A stretch of DNA of 64,000 bases from Patescibacteria group bacterium (GTDB taxonomy: Bacteria; Patescibacteriota; Patescibacteriia; JBDRGY01). A program made the position numbers and the translations under genes. Location of the stretch: NCBI GenBank assembly GCA_043817315.1, contig JBDRGY010000004.1:797-64796 (forward strand), in the 5' to 3' direction. Positions within the stretch are counted from its first letter, which is position 1. Every line of letters begins with the position of its first letter. Shown in pieces: positions 39,840 through 50,275 of this stretch. The notes beneath the pieces were generated by a model that saw only the letters and a list, made by a program, of their open reading frames with translations, searched no databases and had not been told where the DNA came from.

Positions 39840-41048
39840 ATGACTAAAAAAGTCTGGTTTAAAAATAACAAAGGACAAAAATTGGCCGGGATTTTGCATA
39901 TCCCTAAAAAATTCCCAGGCCAGAAACCGGCTGGGGTGGTTTTGTGCCACGGGCATCATGATACCAAAGATCGCAATCATCTTAAGGAAATCGCTTCTGG
40001 TTTGACTAAAGCGGGAATGATGAGCCTGCGTTTTGATCTCAGCGGTAACGGGGAGTCGCAAGGCCAATTTAAAAAGGAAACCTACACTCAATACATCAAG
40101 GATTATAAATCAGCTGTTGATTTTATTGCCAGGCAGGGGATTAAACGTATTGGGGTGGTCGGACACAGTATGGCCGGGACAATTATTCTGGAAGAAAGAA
40201 TTTACGATCACAGAATCCATTGCATCGGATTATATAACCCGGTGACCTATCTAAAAGAAGTTCACGGAAAATCTCTCAAGGCTAAGGATTATAGAAAGTT
40301 GAAAGAGAAAGGGTATTACAGCTTTGTCAGTGTCCATGACGGAATAGAGTATTATACTTATAAACCTTTCTTCGACGATCTAAAAAACCATGATCCTTTG
40401 CAAGCAGCCAAGGCGGTGACCTGTCCGGTAATTATTTACCAGTCCACCAAAGATTCCAATATGCCGGTCAGTCACTCCAGGGATTTGTACAAAGCCCTGC
40501 TGACCGAAGTCAAGTTTCTAAAAATAATGAAAGCGGATCACAATTTCCGGCAGAAGAAGGTCCGTCAGGAATTAGTCAAAGATATTGTCTACTGGTTTTC
40601 CAAGTATCTGCACTACCGCTCTCCCGTGATCAATGCATTTGTTCAACACCAGGGTAAGCTGCTGATGCTTAAAAGGAGTGACAGAGTTGGCACTCATCAA
40701 GGCATGTGGGATTGTGTTGGTGGTTATCTGATGAGCGATCTGGCCAGAGACGGAGAATTGAAAATAAAAGAAGATCCCAAAACCAGAGCGATTTATGAGA
40801 TAGGGGAGGAGCTGGGCATTGCCCGGAAAGATTTGAAGCTTATCAAAGAAGTTAAACCGGTAGAGTGGTACGATCAACCGGAAGACAAAACTTGGTATAT
40901 CTATCCTTTTCTTTTTGAGTCTAAAACTGAACAAATAAAACTGGATTGGGAACACACTAATTATAAATGGATAACACTCCAGCAATTAAAAAAGTTTAGA
41001 CACATCAAGGGATTAGATATTAATTTAAAAAAGTTAATTAAAAAATAG
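39840..41048 (+). CDS. Alpha/beta hydrolase-NUDIX fusion
   Basis: CHG, FD.SG.GES.G, GHSMAG, ADH; C-terminal LMLKRS..GG..EIGEELG..LDWEH. Confidence 0.8.
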   Translation: MTKKVWFKNNKGQKLAGILHIPKKFPGQKPAGVVLCHGHHDTKDRNHLKEIASGLTKAGMMSLRFDLSGNGESQGQFKKETYTQYIKDYKSAVDFIARQGIKRIGVVGHSMAGTIILEERIYDHRIHCIGLYNPVTYLKEVHGKSLKAKDYRKLKEKGYYSFVSVHDGIEYYTYKPFFDDLKNHDPLQAAKAVTCPVIIYQSTKDSNMPVSHSRDLYKALLTEVKFLKIMKADHNFRQKKVRQELVKDIVYWFSKYLHYRSPVINAFVQHQGKLLMLKRSDRVGTHQGMWDCVGGYLMSDLARDGELKIKEDPKTRAIYEIGEELGIARKDLKLIKEVKPVEWYDQPEDKTWYIYPFLFESKTEQIKLDWEHTNYKWITLQQLKKFRHIKGLDINLKKLIKK

Positions 41049-41253
41049 AAAAGTTTCATAAAAAAGTCTTGATAAAAGATTTTTTTTATTCTATAATATA
41101 GGCGTAATAGTTATCCACAATAAATTTTTTATATTTTTTCTTTATAACTTTTTTAAAAGAGTGCTAAAAAAAATAGAGGAGGGGATTAATATTTTTTCGA
41201 AGAGAATAATTTTGTAAACAAAAAACTACAAAAATAGTTTTTAAATTATTTTA

Positions 41254-42429
41254 ATGGCCAACAATAACCAAAATAACGGTCAAAACAACCAAGAAACATA
41301 TCAAAACGGCAACGGTAACCGTATGGTAGAAAGGCTTAGAAAGCGCAAAAAAGCCCAAAAGATTGATAAAATCGTCAAAGTTGCCGAATCCGAGATAAAA
41401 TCACTGCATATCGGTGTTTTATGCAACGTTTTTGAGCCCAAAGGCAAGAAAAATTTGGTGGAACAGGATTTAACCAAAATAGGCAAAGGCATTCAAAAAG
41501 CTTTAGAAAAGAACGGTCACAAAGTGACCTTTTTTGATATGAATCATAATCCTTTACCGATCAGAAAATTACAAAAAGCCGAAGTTGATATGATGTTTAA
41601 TGTTTGTGAAAGGGTAAATGAAAGTTCCCTACTGGAACCTCATGCAGCTTCTTTGTTGGATATCTTTGAAGTTCCTTACACCGGCTCCAATCCGCAAACT
41701 CTGGCTTTGTGCATTGATAAGATTAGAGTAAAAAAATTATTAAACTATCACGGCGTCCCTACACCTAACTACGATTATATCTATAATGTAGATGATAGAA
41801 TCAGGGGCGACCTAAAATTTCCTCTAATAGTTAAGCCAGCCAATACCGACAACAGTATTGGCATCACCAATGATTCTGTAGTTACCAACTGGGAGCAGCT
41901 AAAGAAACAAACAGAGTATGTTATCCGAAGGATAAAACGACCAGCCTTGATCGAAGAGTTTATTGATGGAGATGAAATAGATGTTTCCATTATTGGTAAT
42001 GATAAAGAGTTGACGGTGCTGCCGATGACCAAATGGGATTTTAGCAAACTGCCGGGAAATCTATGGCACATCTTTCCCTTTGAAGCCAAGTGGGAAGAAG
42101 AAGATTCTCCATACTATAATATCGAAGCAGAACGTCCAGCCAAGATTGGGAAAAGGTTGGAGGATACTATTAAGAAAATTGCTACAGACACCTACAACAT
42201 TCTGGACTGCCATGATTACGGTAGGGTAGAGATTAGGGTAGACAAGGAAGGCAATCCCTATGTTTTGGAATTAAACCCCAACCCTTCAATTGGTGAAGAG
42301 GACTGTGTACCGGGAGCCGCCGAATTGATCGGAATGGATTACCCAACTTTTATTGAGACTGTTGTTAAGTTAGCCATTCGTCGTTACCAAAAACATCCTC
42401 CCTATTATCATCTACAATCAACTGTCTGA
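41254..42429 (+). CDS. D-alanine--D-alanine ligase family ATP-grasp protein
   Basis: PYTGS, DK, PLIVKP, EEFIDG, GRVEIR, LELNPNP. Confidence 0.8.
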   Translation: MANNNQNNGQNNQETYQNGNGNRMVERLRKRKKAQKIDKIVKVAESEIKSLHIGVLCNVFEPKGKKNLVEQDLTKIGKGIQKALEKNGHKVTFFDMNHNPLPIRKLQKAEVDMMFNVCERVNESSLLEPHAASLLDIFEVPYTGSNPQTLALCIDKIRVKKLLNYHGVPTPNYDYIYNVDDRIRGDLKFPLIVKPANTDNSIGITNDSVVTNWEQLKKQTEYVIRRIKRPALIEEFIDGDEIDVSIIGNDKELTVLPMTKWDFSKLPGNLWHIFPFEAKWEEEDSPYYNIEAERPAKIGKRLEDTIKKIATDTYNILDCHDYGRVEIRVDKEGNPYVLELNPNPSIGEEDCVPGAAELIGMDYPTFIETVVKLAIRRYQKHPPYYHLQSTV

Positions 42430-42431
42430 TT

Positions 42432-42833
42432 ATGTACTTGTTTATTAATACCGCAGAACAAAATAGAATTACTGTCGGCCTGATAGAGTCCGATTTTTTA
42501 TTTGATAAGATAATCGAGCCATGCCAGTGGCAGGAGTCGGAGAAGCTGGTGCCCCTGATTAACAGAGTTATAAAAAAGAACAAGCTCACTTTAAAAAAAT
42601 TAAAAGGGATTATTGTGGTCAAAGGGCCAGGCGGTTTTACTTCTTTGAGAATTGGTGTTATCACAGCCAACACCTTAAGCTATTCATTGAAGATACCGGT
42701 GGTGGGTGTCCGCTTGGGCCAGGGGATGATAAAGCAGGGGATAAAAAGGATTAAGAAGCTTAGATCATTCAGAATAATCGAACCCCATTACGGCAGACCG
42801 CCCAATATTACCAAGCCTAAGAAGAATAAATAA
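42432..42833 (+). CDS. tsaB: tRNA t6A biosynthesis protein TsaB (short form)
   Basis: INTA, GPGGFTSLRIG, P.Y.RPPNIT. Confidence 0.88.
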   Translation: MYLFINTAEQNRITVGLIESDFLFDKIIEPCQWQESEKLVPLINRVIKKNKLTLKKLKGIIVVKGPGGFTSLRIGVITANTLSYSLKIPVVGVRLGQGMIKQGIKRIKKLRSFRIIEPHYGRPPNITKPKKNK

Positions 42834-42939
42834 TAGTTAATAAGTAAGCAATCGCAGGGTAATAATTTTCCCTGTTTTTTATTTGACAAATAGTCCAATA
42901 AATATTGTAAACATAAAAAGTGTTGACTTGTGCATTAAA

Positions 42940-43010
42940 GTGGTGTAAAATGTAAGTACTGTGGTGAAAAGTGGATAAATGTGGGGATAAGTCAGAAATC
43001 TGTGGATAAC
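42940..43010 (+). promoter_or_regulatory. MraZ operator repeats and DnaA-type box
   Basis: GTGG at 42961, 42971 and 42981 (10-bp period) upstream of mraZ; TGTGGATAA at 43001. Confidence 0.75.
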
Positions 43011-43038
43011 CACTATAATTTATTAAAACTCAATACCC

Positions 43039-43470
43039 GTGTTCATAGGAGAATATCATCATAATATTGATCAGAAAGGCCGTTTGGCTGTACCAGTTAA
43101 GTTTCGAGCTGCCTTGAAGCAGGGAGCTGTAGTTACCAGAGGATTGGACAACTGCTTGTTTCTTTACACTAAAGTAGAGTGGAAAAAATTGGCGGATAAA
43201 TTGGCAGCTCTGCCCATTTCCAAGGCCAACACCCGTGCCTTTGCCCGATTAATGTTAGCTGGCGCTATGGATGTACGAGTTGACGGACAAGGAAGGGTGA
43301 TCCTACCGGATTACTTAAGAGACTATGCCACTATAAAAAAGAGAGTAGTTGTAACCGGTTTATACAATCGATTGGAAATCTGGGACAAGACTGTTTGGGA
43401 CAAATATAAAGCTAACACTGAAAGGGATTCCACCGATATTGCAGAAGCTTTGGGCGAAATTGGCGTTTAG
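43039..43470 (+). CDS. mraZ: Division/cell-wall cluster repressor MraZ
   Basis: F.GEY.H.ID.KGR, D.QGR, EIW. Confidence 0.97.
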   Translation: MFIGEYHHNIDQKGRLAVPVKFRAALKQGAVVTRGLDNCLFLYTKVEWKKLADKLAALPISKANTRAFARLMLAGAMDVRVDGQGRVILPDYLRDYATIKKRVVVTGLYNRLEIWDKTVWDKYKANTERDSTDIAEALGEIGV

Positions 43471-43471
43471 T

Positions 43472-44413
43472 ATGCCAAGGACAAAACATATCCCGGTTCT
43501 ATCAAAAGAGGTTCTTCAATATTTAGACCCCCAGCCAAATCAAAACTTTATTGATTTAACTTTAGGGGGAGCCGGCCACACGGTGGCCATCTTGGAGGAA
43601 ACCGGTCCTGAAGGAAAAATGTTAGGAGTCGATTGGGACCGATTGGCTCTATCAGAAGCCAAGCAAAATTTGAAACGCTTTCCTACCAAGAGATATCATT
43701 TAGTATCAGACAATTTTGTTAACTTAGAAAAAGTAGTCAATGAATATCCCGATATACATCCGATTAGCGGTATTTTACTCGACCTGGGCTTATCTAGCCT
43801 TGCAATCGAGGATGGATCTAGAGGATTTTCTTTTCTAAAAGACGGCCCCCTAGACATGAGATTTTCTGGTGAGGGAGAAACTGCAGCCGATCTTTTAAAC
43901 AAATTATCAGCTAAAAATTTGCGCGATATACTCTGGGAGTACGGCGATGAGAAATATGCCTCTGAAATCACAAAACAAATTTTAACAACAAGGCAAAAAC
44001 AAAAATTTTTGAAAACTCATCATCTAACTTCCGCCGTACTCCAAGTATATCGTCATAAACCAAAGCCAAAAAAAATTCACCCGGCCACCAAGACTTTTCA
44101 GGCATTGCGCATTGCCGTCAATAAAGAACTTTCTAATTTATCCGAAGTATTACCCCAAGCAGTTTCTTTGATAGCGAAAGGGGGGAAGCTGGCTGTCATT
44201 TCTTTTCACTCCAAAGAAGACAGTATAGTCAAGAATTATTTCCGTAATCAGGCTAAAGAATGTCTCTGCCCGCCCCAATTCCCGGTCTGTAGGTGTGATC
44301 ATCAAAAGAAGCTCAAGATCGTTACCAAAAAACCAATTTCTCCCAGTCAAAAAGAAATTTATAATAATCCGCGATCTCGTAGCGCTAAATTACGGGTCGC
44401 TCAAAAAATATAA
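43472..44413 (+). CDS. rsmH: 16S rRNA m4C1402 methyltransferase
   Basis: HIPVL, D.TLGGAGH, DLGLSS, RGFSF..DGPLDMR, FQALRI.VN.EL. Confidence 0.97.
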   Translation: MPRTKHIPVLSKEVLQYLDPQPNQNFIDLTLGGAGHTVAILEETGPEGKMLGVDWDRLALSEAKQNLKRFPTKRYHLVSDNFVNLEKVVNEYPDIHPISGILLDLGLSSLAIEDGSRGFSFLKDGPLDMRFSGEGETAADLLNKLSAKNLRDILWEYGDEKYASEITKQILTTRQKQKFLKTHHLTSAVLQVYRHKPKPKKIHPATKTFQALRIAVNKELSNLSEVLPQAVSLIAKGGKLAVISFHSKEDSIVKNYFRNQAKECLCPPQFPVCRCDHQKKLKIVTKKPISPSQKEIYNNPRSRSAKLRVAQKI

Positions 44414-44418
44414 AAAAA

Positions 44419-44781
44419 ATGTCCAAATTCATACTTTTCTCCAGATTCAACAAAAAACACATTCGTCCTCAAATGAACGGGAAACAAAAAAAGTTTTCTG
44501 TTAACGCCAATATGCTACGATTGATGATAGTATCTACTGTACTGGCCTTGGGCATTTTTTATCTGGTTGAAACAAACCAAGTTTCCACACGAGGTTTTGA
44601 ACTAAGAAACCTGCAGGATAAAGTTGATGAATTGAATGTTCAGAATGAAAAGCTGGAGGTAGAGGCGGCTGAGATGAAATCTATGCAGCGAATCGAAGAA
44701 TTAAGCCAAGAATTAAATCTAATTTCCGGTGGCCCGGTACTGTATCTTAATACAGCTAGCGCAGAAGTGGCCGCCAAATAA
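44419..44781 (+). CDS. ftsL: Cell division protein FtsL-like
   Basis: TM helix plus coiled coil, located between rsmH and ftsI. Confidence 0.65.
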   Translation: MSKFILFSRFNKKHIRPQMNGKQKKFSVNANMLRLMIVSTVLALGIFYLVETNQVSTRGFELRNLQDKVDELNVQNEKLEVEAAEMKSMQRIEELSQELNLISGGPVLYLNTASAEVAAK

Positions 44782-44836
44782 CATAAAAATAAAAAGTTAA
44801 GAGTTCGTTTCTCTTAACTTTATATTTTGAAATCCT

Positions 44837-46588
44837 ATGGTGTCTAAAAAGCAAAAAAAGAAAATTGGACCAGACCGCGTCTACTTGCTTGCCATAGCTA
44901 TTTTTATTTTTGCCGGCTTTGCCATCTTCAGGCTTTTTGATTTACAAATTTTACGAAATCACTATTACGAAGCCTTGGCTTCCGGCCAGCACGAAATTTC
45001 GGAAAAGTTGATGGCCGAAAGAGGGGAGATATATGTGCGGGAGAGGAATTCTGATGAGTTGTTTCCCATTGCCCAAAACCAAGAACTGAATTTAGTCTTT
45101 AGCATCCCCAGAAAGATAAAAAATCCCAAGGAGGTCCTGGACAAGATAACCCCTGTTTTGGAAATTACCGAGGAAGAGGTTCCTACCATGATGGAGAGGT
45201 TATCCAAGGAAGGTGATCTTTATGAACCGCTACGGCACCTGGTTAGCGATCAAAAAGTTGCTGAGCTGGAGAAATTGGAGATAGAAGGAATTGATTGGAT
45301 GCCGGAGACCAATCGCTATTATCCGGAAAAAAATATTTACTCACATATTACCGGTTTCTGGGGATACCTCAATGACCAAAGAGTGGGCCAATATGGCCTG
45401 GAGGGTTATTTAGATGAACAGCTTTGCGGCAAGACGGGCAGCATCATAGCCGAGAAAGATGCTGGCGGGCGTTTTATTACCATCGGTCAGAAGTTCTTAG
45501 AAGAAGCTCAAGACGGTGATGACTTTGTCTTAACGATTGATCGAACGATTCAATACAACACTTGTTCCAAATTAAAAGAAGCAACTATGAAACACGGAGC
45601 TGATAAGGGTAGTGTTATAGTGCTAGACCCCAAAACCGGAGCCATCTTGGCTATGTGTAATTACCCGGATTACGACCCTAATGATTATAGCGCCACCGAG
45701 GACATTGAAGCTTTTAAAAATACCGCTCTTTACGATATGTGGGAGCCGGGCTCTGTCTTCAAATCGATCACTATGGCTGCTGGCTTGGATCTGGGATTAG
45801 TCAGCCCGGGCACTACTTACGTGGATACCGGTGAATTAAAATATGGTAAATACACTATCAAGAATTCCGACGGCAAGGCCTATGGTACCCAAACCATGAC
45901 CAATGTACTGGAAGAATCTCTTAATACCGGCGCTGTTTTTGTAGCAGAACATGTAGGCAATGAAAGATTTTATAACTACGTCAGGGACTTCGGTTTTGGT
46001 GAGAGGATCGGCTTACCGCTGGAAAGTGAAAGTGTCGGAGACTTAAGCACCATTGCCAAGCTCAGAGATATCTACACGGCCACCGCTTCCTACGGACAGG
46101 GAATTACCGTTACCCCGATCCAATTAATAATGGCTTATTCAGCCATTGCCAATGATGGCCTAATGATGAGGCCATTTATAATTGACGAAATAGTTAAGAA
46201 CAACGGTACCACCGTCAAGTCTACTCCCGAGGAAATGCGTCAGGTGATATCGGCCGAAGCGGCTAATACCCTGTCGGCCATGCTGGTTTCTGTCTTGGAA
46301 AACGGACATGCTCAGAGGGCTTTGGTGCCGGGCTATTTTATGGCCGGAAAAACGGGGACCGCTCAAGTTGCCAGAAGCAGCGGAGCCGGTTACGAATCAG
46401 GTTTGCACAAGGATACCTTTGTAGGATTCGGACCGATTTCCGATCCCCAATTTGTGGTTTTAACCAAACTTGATAATCCCAAAGACGTTCCTTGGGCAGC
46501 CAGCTCAGCGGCCCCCTTGTTTGGTGAGATTGCTCAATTTCTGGTAAACTACTATCAGATCCCCCCGGAGCGTACTATCGATCGATAA
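44837..46588 (+). CDS. ftsI: Class B penicillin-binding protein
   Basis: EPGSVFK, SLN, KTGTAQ; dcw context. Confidence 0.9.
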   Translation: MVSKKQKKKIGPDRVYLLAIAIFIFAGFAIFRLFDLQILRNHYYEALASGQHEISEKLMAERGEIYVRERNSDELFPIAQNQELNLVFSIPRKIKNPKEVLDKITPVLEITEEEVPTMMERLSKEGDLYEPLRHLVSDQKVAELEKLEIEGIDWMPETNRYYPEKNIYSHITGFWGYLNDQRVGQYGLEGYLDEQLCGKTGSIIAEKDAGGRFITIGQKFLEEAQDGDDFVLTIDRTIQYNTCSKLKEATMKHGADKGSVIVLDPKTGAILAMCNYPDYDPNDYSATEDIEAFKNTALYDMWEPGSVFKSITMAAGLDLGLVSPGTTYVDTGELKYGKYTIKNSDGKAYGTQTMTNVLEESLNTGAVFVAEHVGNERFYNYVRDFGFGERIGLPLESESVGDLSTIAKLRDIYTATASYGQGITVTPIQLIMAYSAIANDGLMMRPFIIDEIVKNNGTTVKSTPEEMRQVISAEAANTLSAMLVSVLENGHAQRALVPGYFMAGKTGTAQVARSSGAGYESGLHKDTFVGFGPISDPQFVVLTKLDNPKDVPWAASSAAPLFGEIAQFLVNYYQIPPERTIDR

Positions 46589-46598
46589 ATTATCAATA

Positions 46599-47885
46599 AT
46601 GAAAAAGTGGTTACAAAGTTATCTTAATAAATTGGCCAAGAGGATTTTGGTCAAATACCAGCCAGATATTATTGGAGTAACTGGTAGCTATGGTAAAACT
46701 TCAACTGTGGAAGCAATTTACCAGGTTTTGGCAACTACTTATTCGGTTAGAAAGAATCTGAAAAATTACAATAACGAAATTGGAGTACCCCTTTCCATAA
46801 TCGGTAAAGAAACTGGCGGAAAGAATTTCTATAAATGGCTGGGAGTGATTTTTAAAGCTTGGTCTTTATTACTGTCTCGAGATAACAGCTACCCTCAAAT
46901 TTTAATTTTAGAAATGGCCGCCGATCACCCCGGAGACATTAAATACTTAGTTAAAATGGCACCGCCTAAAGTTGGGGTGATTACCGCGATTGGCCCTGTC
47001 CACCTGAAGTTTTTCAAAAAAATTGAAAAGGTCTTGGACGAGAAAAAAATGATTGTTTCTAAATTACCCGAGGACGGATTTGCCATCTTGAATGCGGATG
47101 ACAATTATGCCATATCCGTCAAGGATCAGACTAGGGCCAAGGTGCTATCATATGGATTCTCTGAAGAGGCAGTGGTTCGGGCTTCCGACCACCTGATTTT
47201 TTCCGAATTGCCTGAGGAGGTTGAGAAAAGAGTAAAGGGAGTCAGTTTCAAACTTCATTATCAAGGCAATACGGTCCCCGTTTTCTTGCCCGATGTTCTG
47301 GGTAGACACCAGATCTACTCAGCTTTGGCGGCCGCTGCTTGTGGAATCAGTTTTAACGTAAATTTGGTAGATACGGCTGAAGCCTTAAAACGTTTTCAAT
47401 CTCCCAAAGGCCGCATGAAAATCATTGACGGAATCAAACACACCGTTTTAATCGACGATTCCTACAATTCCTCACCGGTGGCTTGCGAAGCTGCTTTAGA
47501 AGTATTGTCTCGTATCCCAGCCGAAGGAAAAAATAAATTTGCCGCCCTGGGTGATATGGCCGAGCTTGGTGAGTTTATGGAAGAGGGTCATTATCAAGTG
47601 GGCAAGAAGGCAGCCAAGGTTTGTGACTATTTGGTAACAGTGGGGGAAGCCGCCAAGATGATGGCGGAACAAGCTATTAAGTCCGGCATGTCGCAAGACA
47701 AAGTATTCAGCTTTGGTTCGGCGGATCGAGCCGGCCGCTTTATTCAAGAAAGAATCAAGCAAGGCGACATTGTTTTAATAAAGGGATCACAAGTATCCAG
47801 AATGGAACGGGTAGTTAAAGAATTAATGGCAGAGCCTGAGAAAGCCAACGAGTTATTAGTGCGCCAAGGTTCTAGTTGGCAATAA
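46599..47885 (+). CDS. murF: UDP-MurNAc-tripeptide:D-Ala-D-Ala ligase
   Basis: GVTGSYGKTS, NNEIGVP, DDSYNSSP, GDMAELG, KGS. Confidence 0.92.
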   Translation: MKKWLQSYLNKLAKRILVKYQPDIIGVTGSYGKTSTVEAIYQVLATTYSVRKNLKNYNNEIGVPLSIIGKETGGKNFYKWLGVIFKAWSLLLSRDNSYPQILILEMAADHPGDIKYLVKMAPPKVGVITAIGPVHLKFFKKIEKVLDEKKMIVSKLPEDGFAILNADDNYAISVKDQTRAKVLSYGFSEEAVVRASDHLIFSELPEEVEKRVKGVSFKLHYQGNTVPVFLPDVLGRHQIYSALAAAACGISFNVNLVDTAEALKRFQSPKGRMKIIDGIKHTVLIDDSYNSSPVACEAALEVLSRIPAEGKNKFAALGDMAELGEFMEEGHYQVGKKAAKVCDYLVTVGEAAKMMAEQAIKSGMSQDKVFSFGSADRAGRFIQERIKQGDIVLIKGSQVSRMERVVKELMAEPEKANELLVRQGSSWQ

Positions 47886-47982
47886 AGAAACGGAAAATAT
47901 CAGAGATCCCTTTGGGGATTTTTTTCTTGATTTTTAACGGGAGTTAAGCTACAATAGGAAAACGATTAATAATTTGGATATT

Positions 47983-48594
47983 ATGACAAGCAGGGAAAAT
48001 CCAGAGGGAGCCCAACCAGGAGACAAAAATCCTGAAATCCCTGAAGGATTTGAAACAATATTAGAAGGCAAATCACCCGAGGAACAGACAGAAATATTAG
48101 CAGCTATTGCAGCTGATGCAGAATTGCTAAAGCCAACGGGCGGGGAAAGGCCAGGGCTAAACAAACAGGAAATCATTGAGCATTCTATCGGTTATTGCAA
48201 TCTTTATATTGAAATTTGGAGTAAAATAATAGGTTTAAATCATACATCTATAAGGCAATGTGAATCAGAGGGAGACCAACAAGCTGGAGAAATTGAAGAT
48301 ATCAAGCAACAAATAATAGATCATACAAAGGAATTGGAAAAGTGGGAAAAGATTAAAAAAGAAATTGAACGTGGGGAAACAGAGAATCTGCTAATTGAGA
48401 TAGAGCGATCAATAGAAACCCATACCGAGACGCTTAGTTCTTGGGCCAAAAAAATTGCGGATGCTAGCCATGATACACCTGATGAAGAAATTGCTGAGTT
48501 TAGGGTGGAGCTAATCAAAGCTGCCAGCAGACTTGCTGATGCATCTGAACACAAACGATTGCTTAGATTTATGCGGGAGCAAAAAGTTAAATAA
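47983..48594 (+). CDS. Acidic helical hypothetical protein
   Basis: Shares IG.C..Y..EKW....GE...LL.EIE with the next ORF. Confidence 0.7.
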   Translation: MTSRENPEGAQPGDKNPEIPEGFETILEGKSPEEQTEILAAIAADAELLKPTGGERPGLNKQEIIEHSIGYCNLYIEIWSKIIGLNHTSIRQCESEGDQQAGEIEDIKQQIIDHTKELEKWEKIKKEIERGETENLLIEIERSIETHTETLSSWAKKIADASHDTPDEEIAEFRVELIKAASRLADASEHKRLLRFMREQKVK

Positions 48595-48612
48595 ATATAA
48601 GCACACTAGTTT

Positions 48613-49443
48613 ATGCCGGAAAGAGAAAAACCAATTCCCAAAGATATGGAAGATTTGATTTTCGACGAAGAAGAGGGTGGGAGAACAATCAAACAAAAAG
48701 CTCATGATTATCATCAAGATGAGGCCATGCTTAAGGAAGTTGAAGAAGGGGGGAAGCAAGAGGACTTGGAAATCGATTATCAAGAAGTGATCGACATGAT
48801 CGAAAAAGAATCGCCTCAAAAAGCCCAAGAGATGCTTATAGGCTTTTGTCAGGGATATGTAGAAAGATTATCAATGCCAGGGGACAGAGAGAAATGGACT
48901 GAATATGTAAGGCGGCTACAAAAAGGAGAGGTCGATGGTTTACTCTTGGAAATTGAGGAGATGATCCAGAAAGACGTCAATAGTCTAACAAAGTTGAATG
49001 AAGAGGCCGATACTGTTCCCAGCGATGGTTTTCATCAAAACGATAATGTTAAAAGAAAAAAACAAGTTTTAAAGAGTCTAAGGGGGCTAACTACCCTGGA
49101 GAACTTGTTATGGAGATTAGAAAAAGAATTGAAGCCGGAAATGCTGGCTGGGTTGAAAAAAGAGTTACTGGACCATTGCCGTACTTGGATCGATATTGCA
49201 CAACAAGAGCATGATCATGAAGGAGAAAGAGCCTGGCTGCAGGCGATGACCGAATTACAAAATGGGGATTCGGATGAAATGTGGAATGCAATCAGAATTA
49301 CCATAAACAAAAAAATAAGAGAGTTTGATCTAGCTGATAAAATGGGAAAAGAGAAAGATACAAAAAGGCTGACAGCTGATCTTTCTGAACTAACCAGAAT
49401 CCAGAGTAGTCTGCTCAAAGTACTGCGCAGCCAGGAACACTAG
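48613..49443 (+). CDS. Acidic helical hypothetical protein with internal duplication
   Basis: Two copies of the module seen in the upstream ORF. Confidence 0.7.
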   Translation: MPEREKPIPKDMEDLIFDEEEGGRTIKQKAHDYHQDEAMLKEVEEGGKQEDLEIDYQEVIDMIEKESPQKAQEMLIGFCQGYVERLSMPGDREKWTEYVRRLQKGEVDGLLLEIEEMIQKDVNSLTKLNEEADTVPSDGFHQNDNVKRKKQVLKSLRGLTTLENLLWRLEKELKPEMLAGLKKELLDHCRTWIDIAQQEHDHEGERAWLQAMTELQNGDSDEMWNAIRITINKKIREFDLADKMGKEKDTKRLTADLSELTRIQSSLLKVLRSQEH

Positions 49444-49445
49444 AT

Positions 49446-49958
49446 ATGAAAATTGCCCTAAAAATAATTTTCGTTATCTTGTTAATTTGGGGCACAATCG
49501 TCATCGCCAGAGGGGGTTACATCGGTTTACTAGATAACGTTAATCTGATATGGCACGAAGCAGGCCATACCTTATTTGTTTTCTTCGGTGATTTCGTCAG
49601 AATATTAGGGGGATCACTGACTCAAGTCTTAATACCGCTACTATGTGGTGTTGTTTTTTTAGTCAAGCGCCAGTGGTTTGCCAGCACTTTCGCTTTGTGG
49701 TGGGCAGGCCAAAATCTTACTAATGTCAGTATCTATATTGGTGATGCCCGGGCTCTGAAGTTAGACCTTATTGGTGGAGAGGCCTCTATCCATGACTGGA
49801 ATTATCTTTTGGGGATGATGGGCCAGCGGCATTTGGATATGGCCATAGCTAGTTATGTCTGGTGGATCGGGATGATAGCCATGGGAGCAGCCCTGTTTTT
49901 AACACTTTATTTTATTTGGCGTGATGACATCAAAACCAAAAAGGGGATAGCGCTTTAA
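49446..49958 (+). CDS. Membrane zinc-motif protein (peptidase M50B-like)
   Basis: HEAGH, GGSL.Q, Y..DAR, HDW. Confidence 0.75.
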   Translation: MKIALKIIFVILLIWGTIVIARGGYIGLLDNVNLIWHEAGHTLFVFFGDFVRILGGSLTQVLIPLLCGVVFLVKRQWFASTFALWWAGQNLTNVSIYIGDARALKLDLIGGEASIHDWNYLLGMMGQRHLDMAIASYVWWIGMIAMGAALFLTLYFIWRDDIKTKKGIAL

Positions 49959-50027
49959 AACCACTAAAAATTAATTATTACCAAAAAACACCCCCTATTT
50001 AGGGTGATTTTTTAACGGAAAGAAAAT

Positions 50028-50275
50028 AGGGGACAAGCGTGTTGATTGCCTGTCCCCTGACGCATAGCCATGTAGAGTGCAGATCGGAACGTCCAGGTGT
50101 TGAGCCTGGAACCTAATCGTTGGCTGCAACGACCTGAGGCTATCAACCTCTTTAAGGACGCCCTAATTTGGCACCTCCCCCTTTCGGGCATTTGCGGCTT
50201 CGCGTCGACATGAACCCGCCTACCAAGAGGCGGGGGGTACCGCGACAGCAGTCATCATCGTCTGCCCTGCTGCCA
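50028..50275 (-). ncRNA. Candidate structured ncRNA 1 (own promoter and terminator)
   Basis: TTGACA(50310)-17-TAATAT; serial hairpins; terminator stem 50028-50058; no clear canonical ORF. Confidence 0.45.

Noticed and set aside
41050-41250. AT-rich region with TTATCCACA as a possible oriC
   Set aside because: Single DnaA-type box and no dnaA/dnaN nearby; other isolated boxes occur at 33951 and 43001
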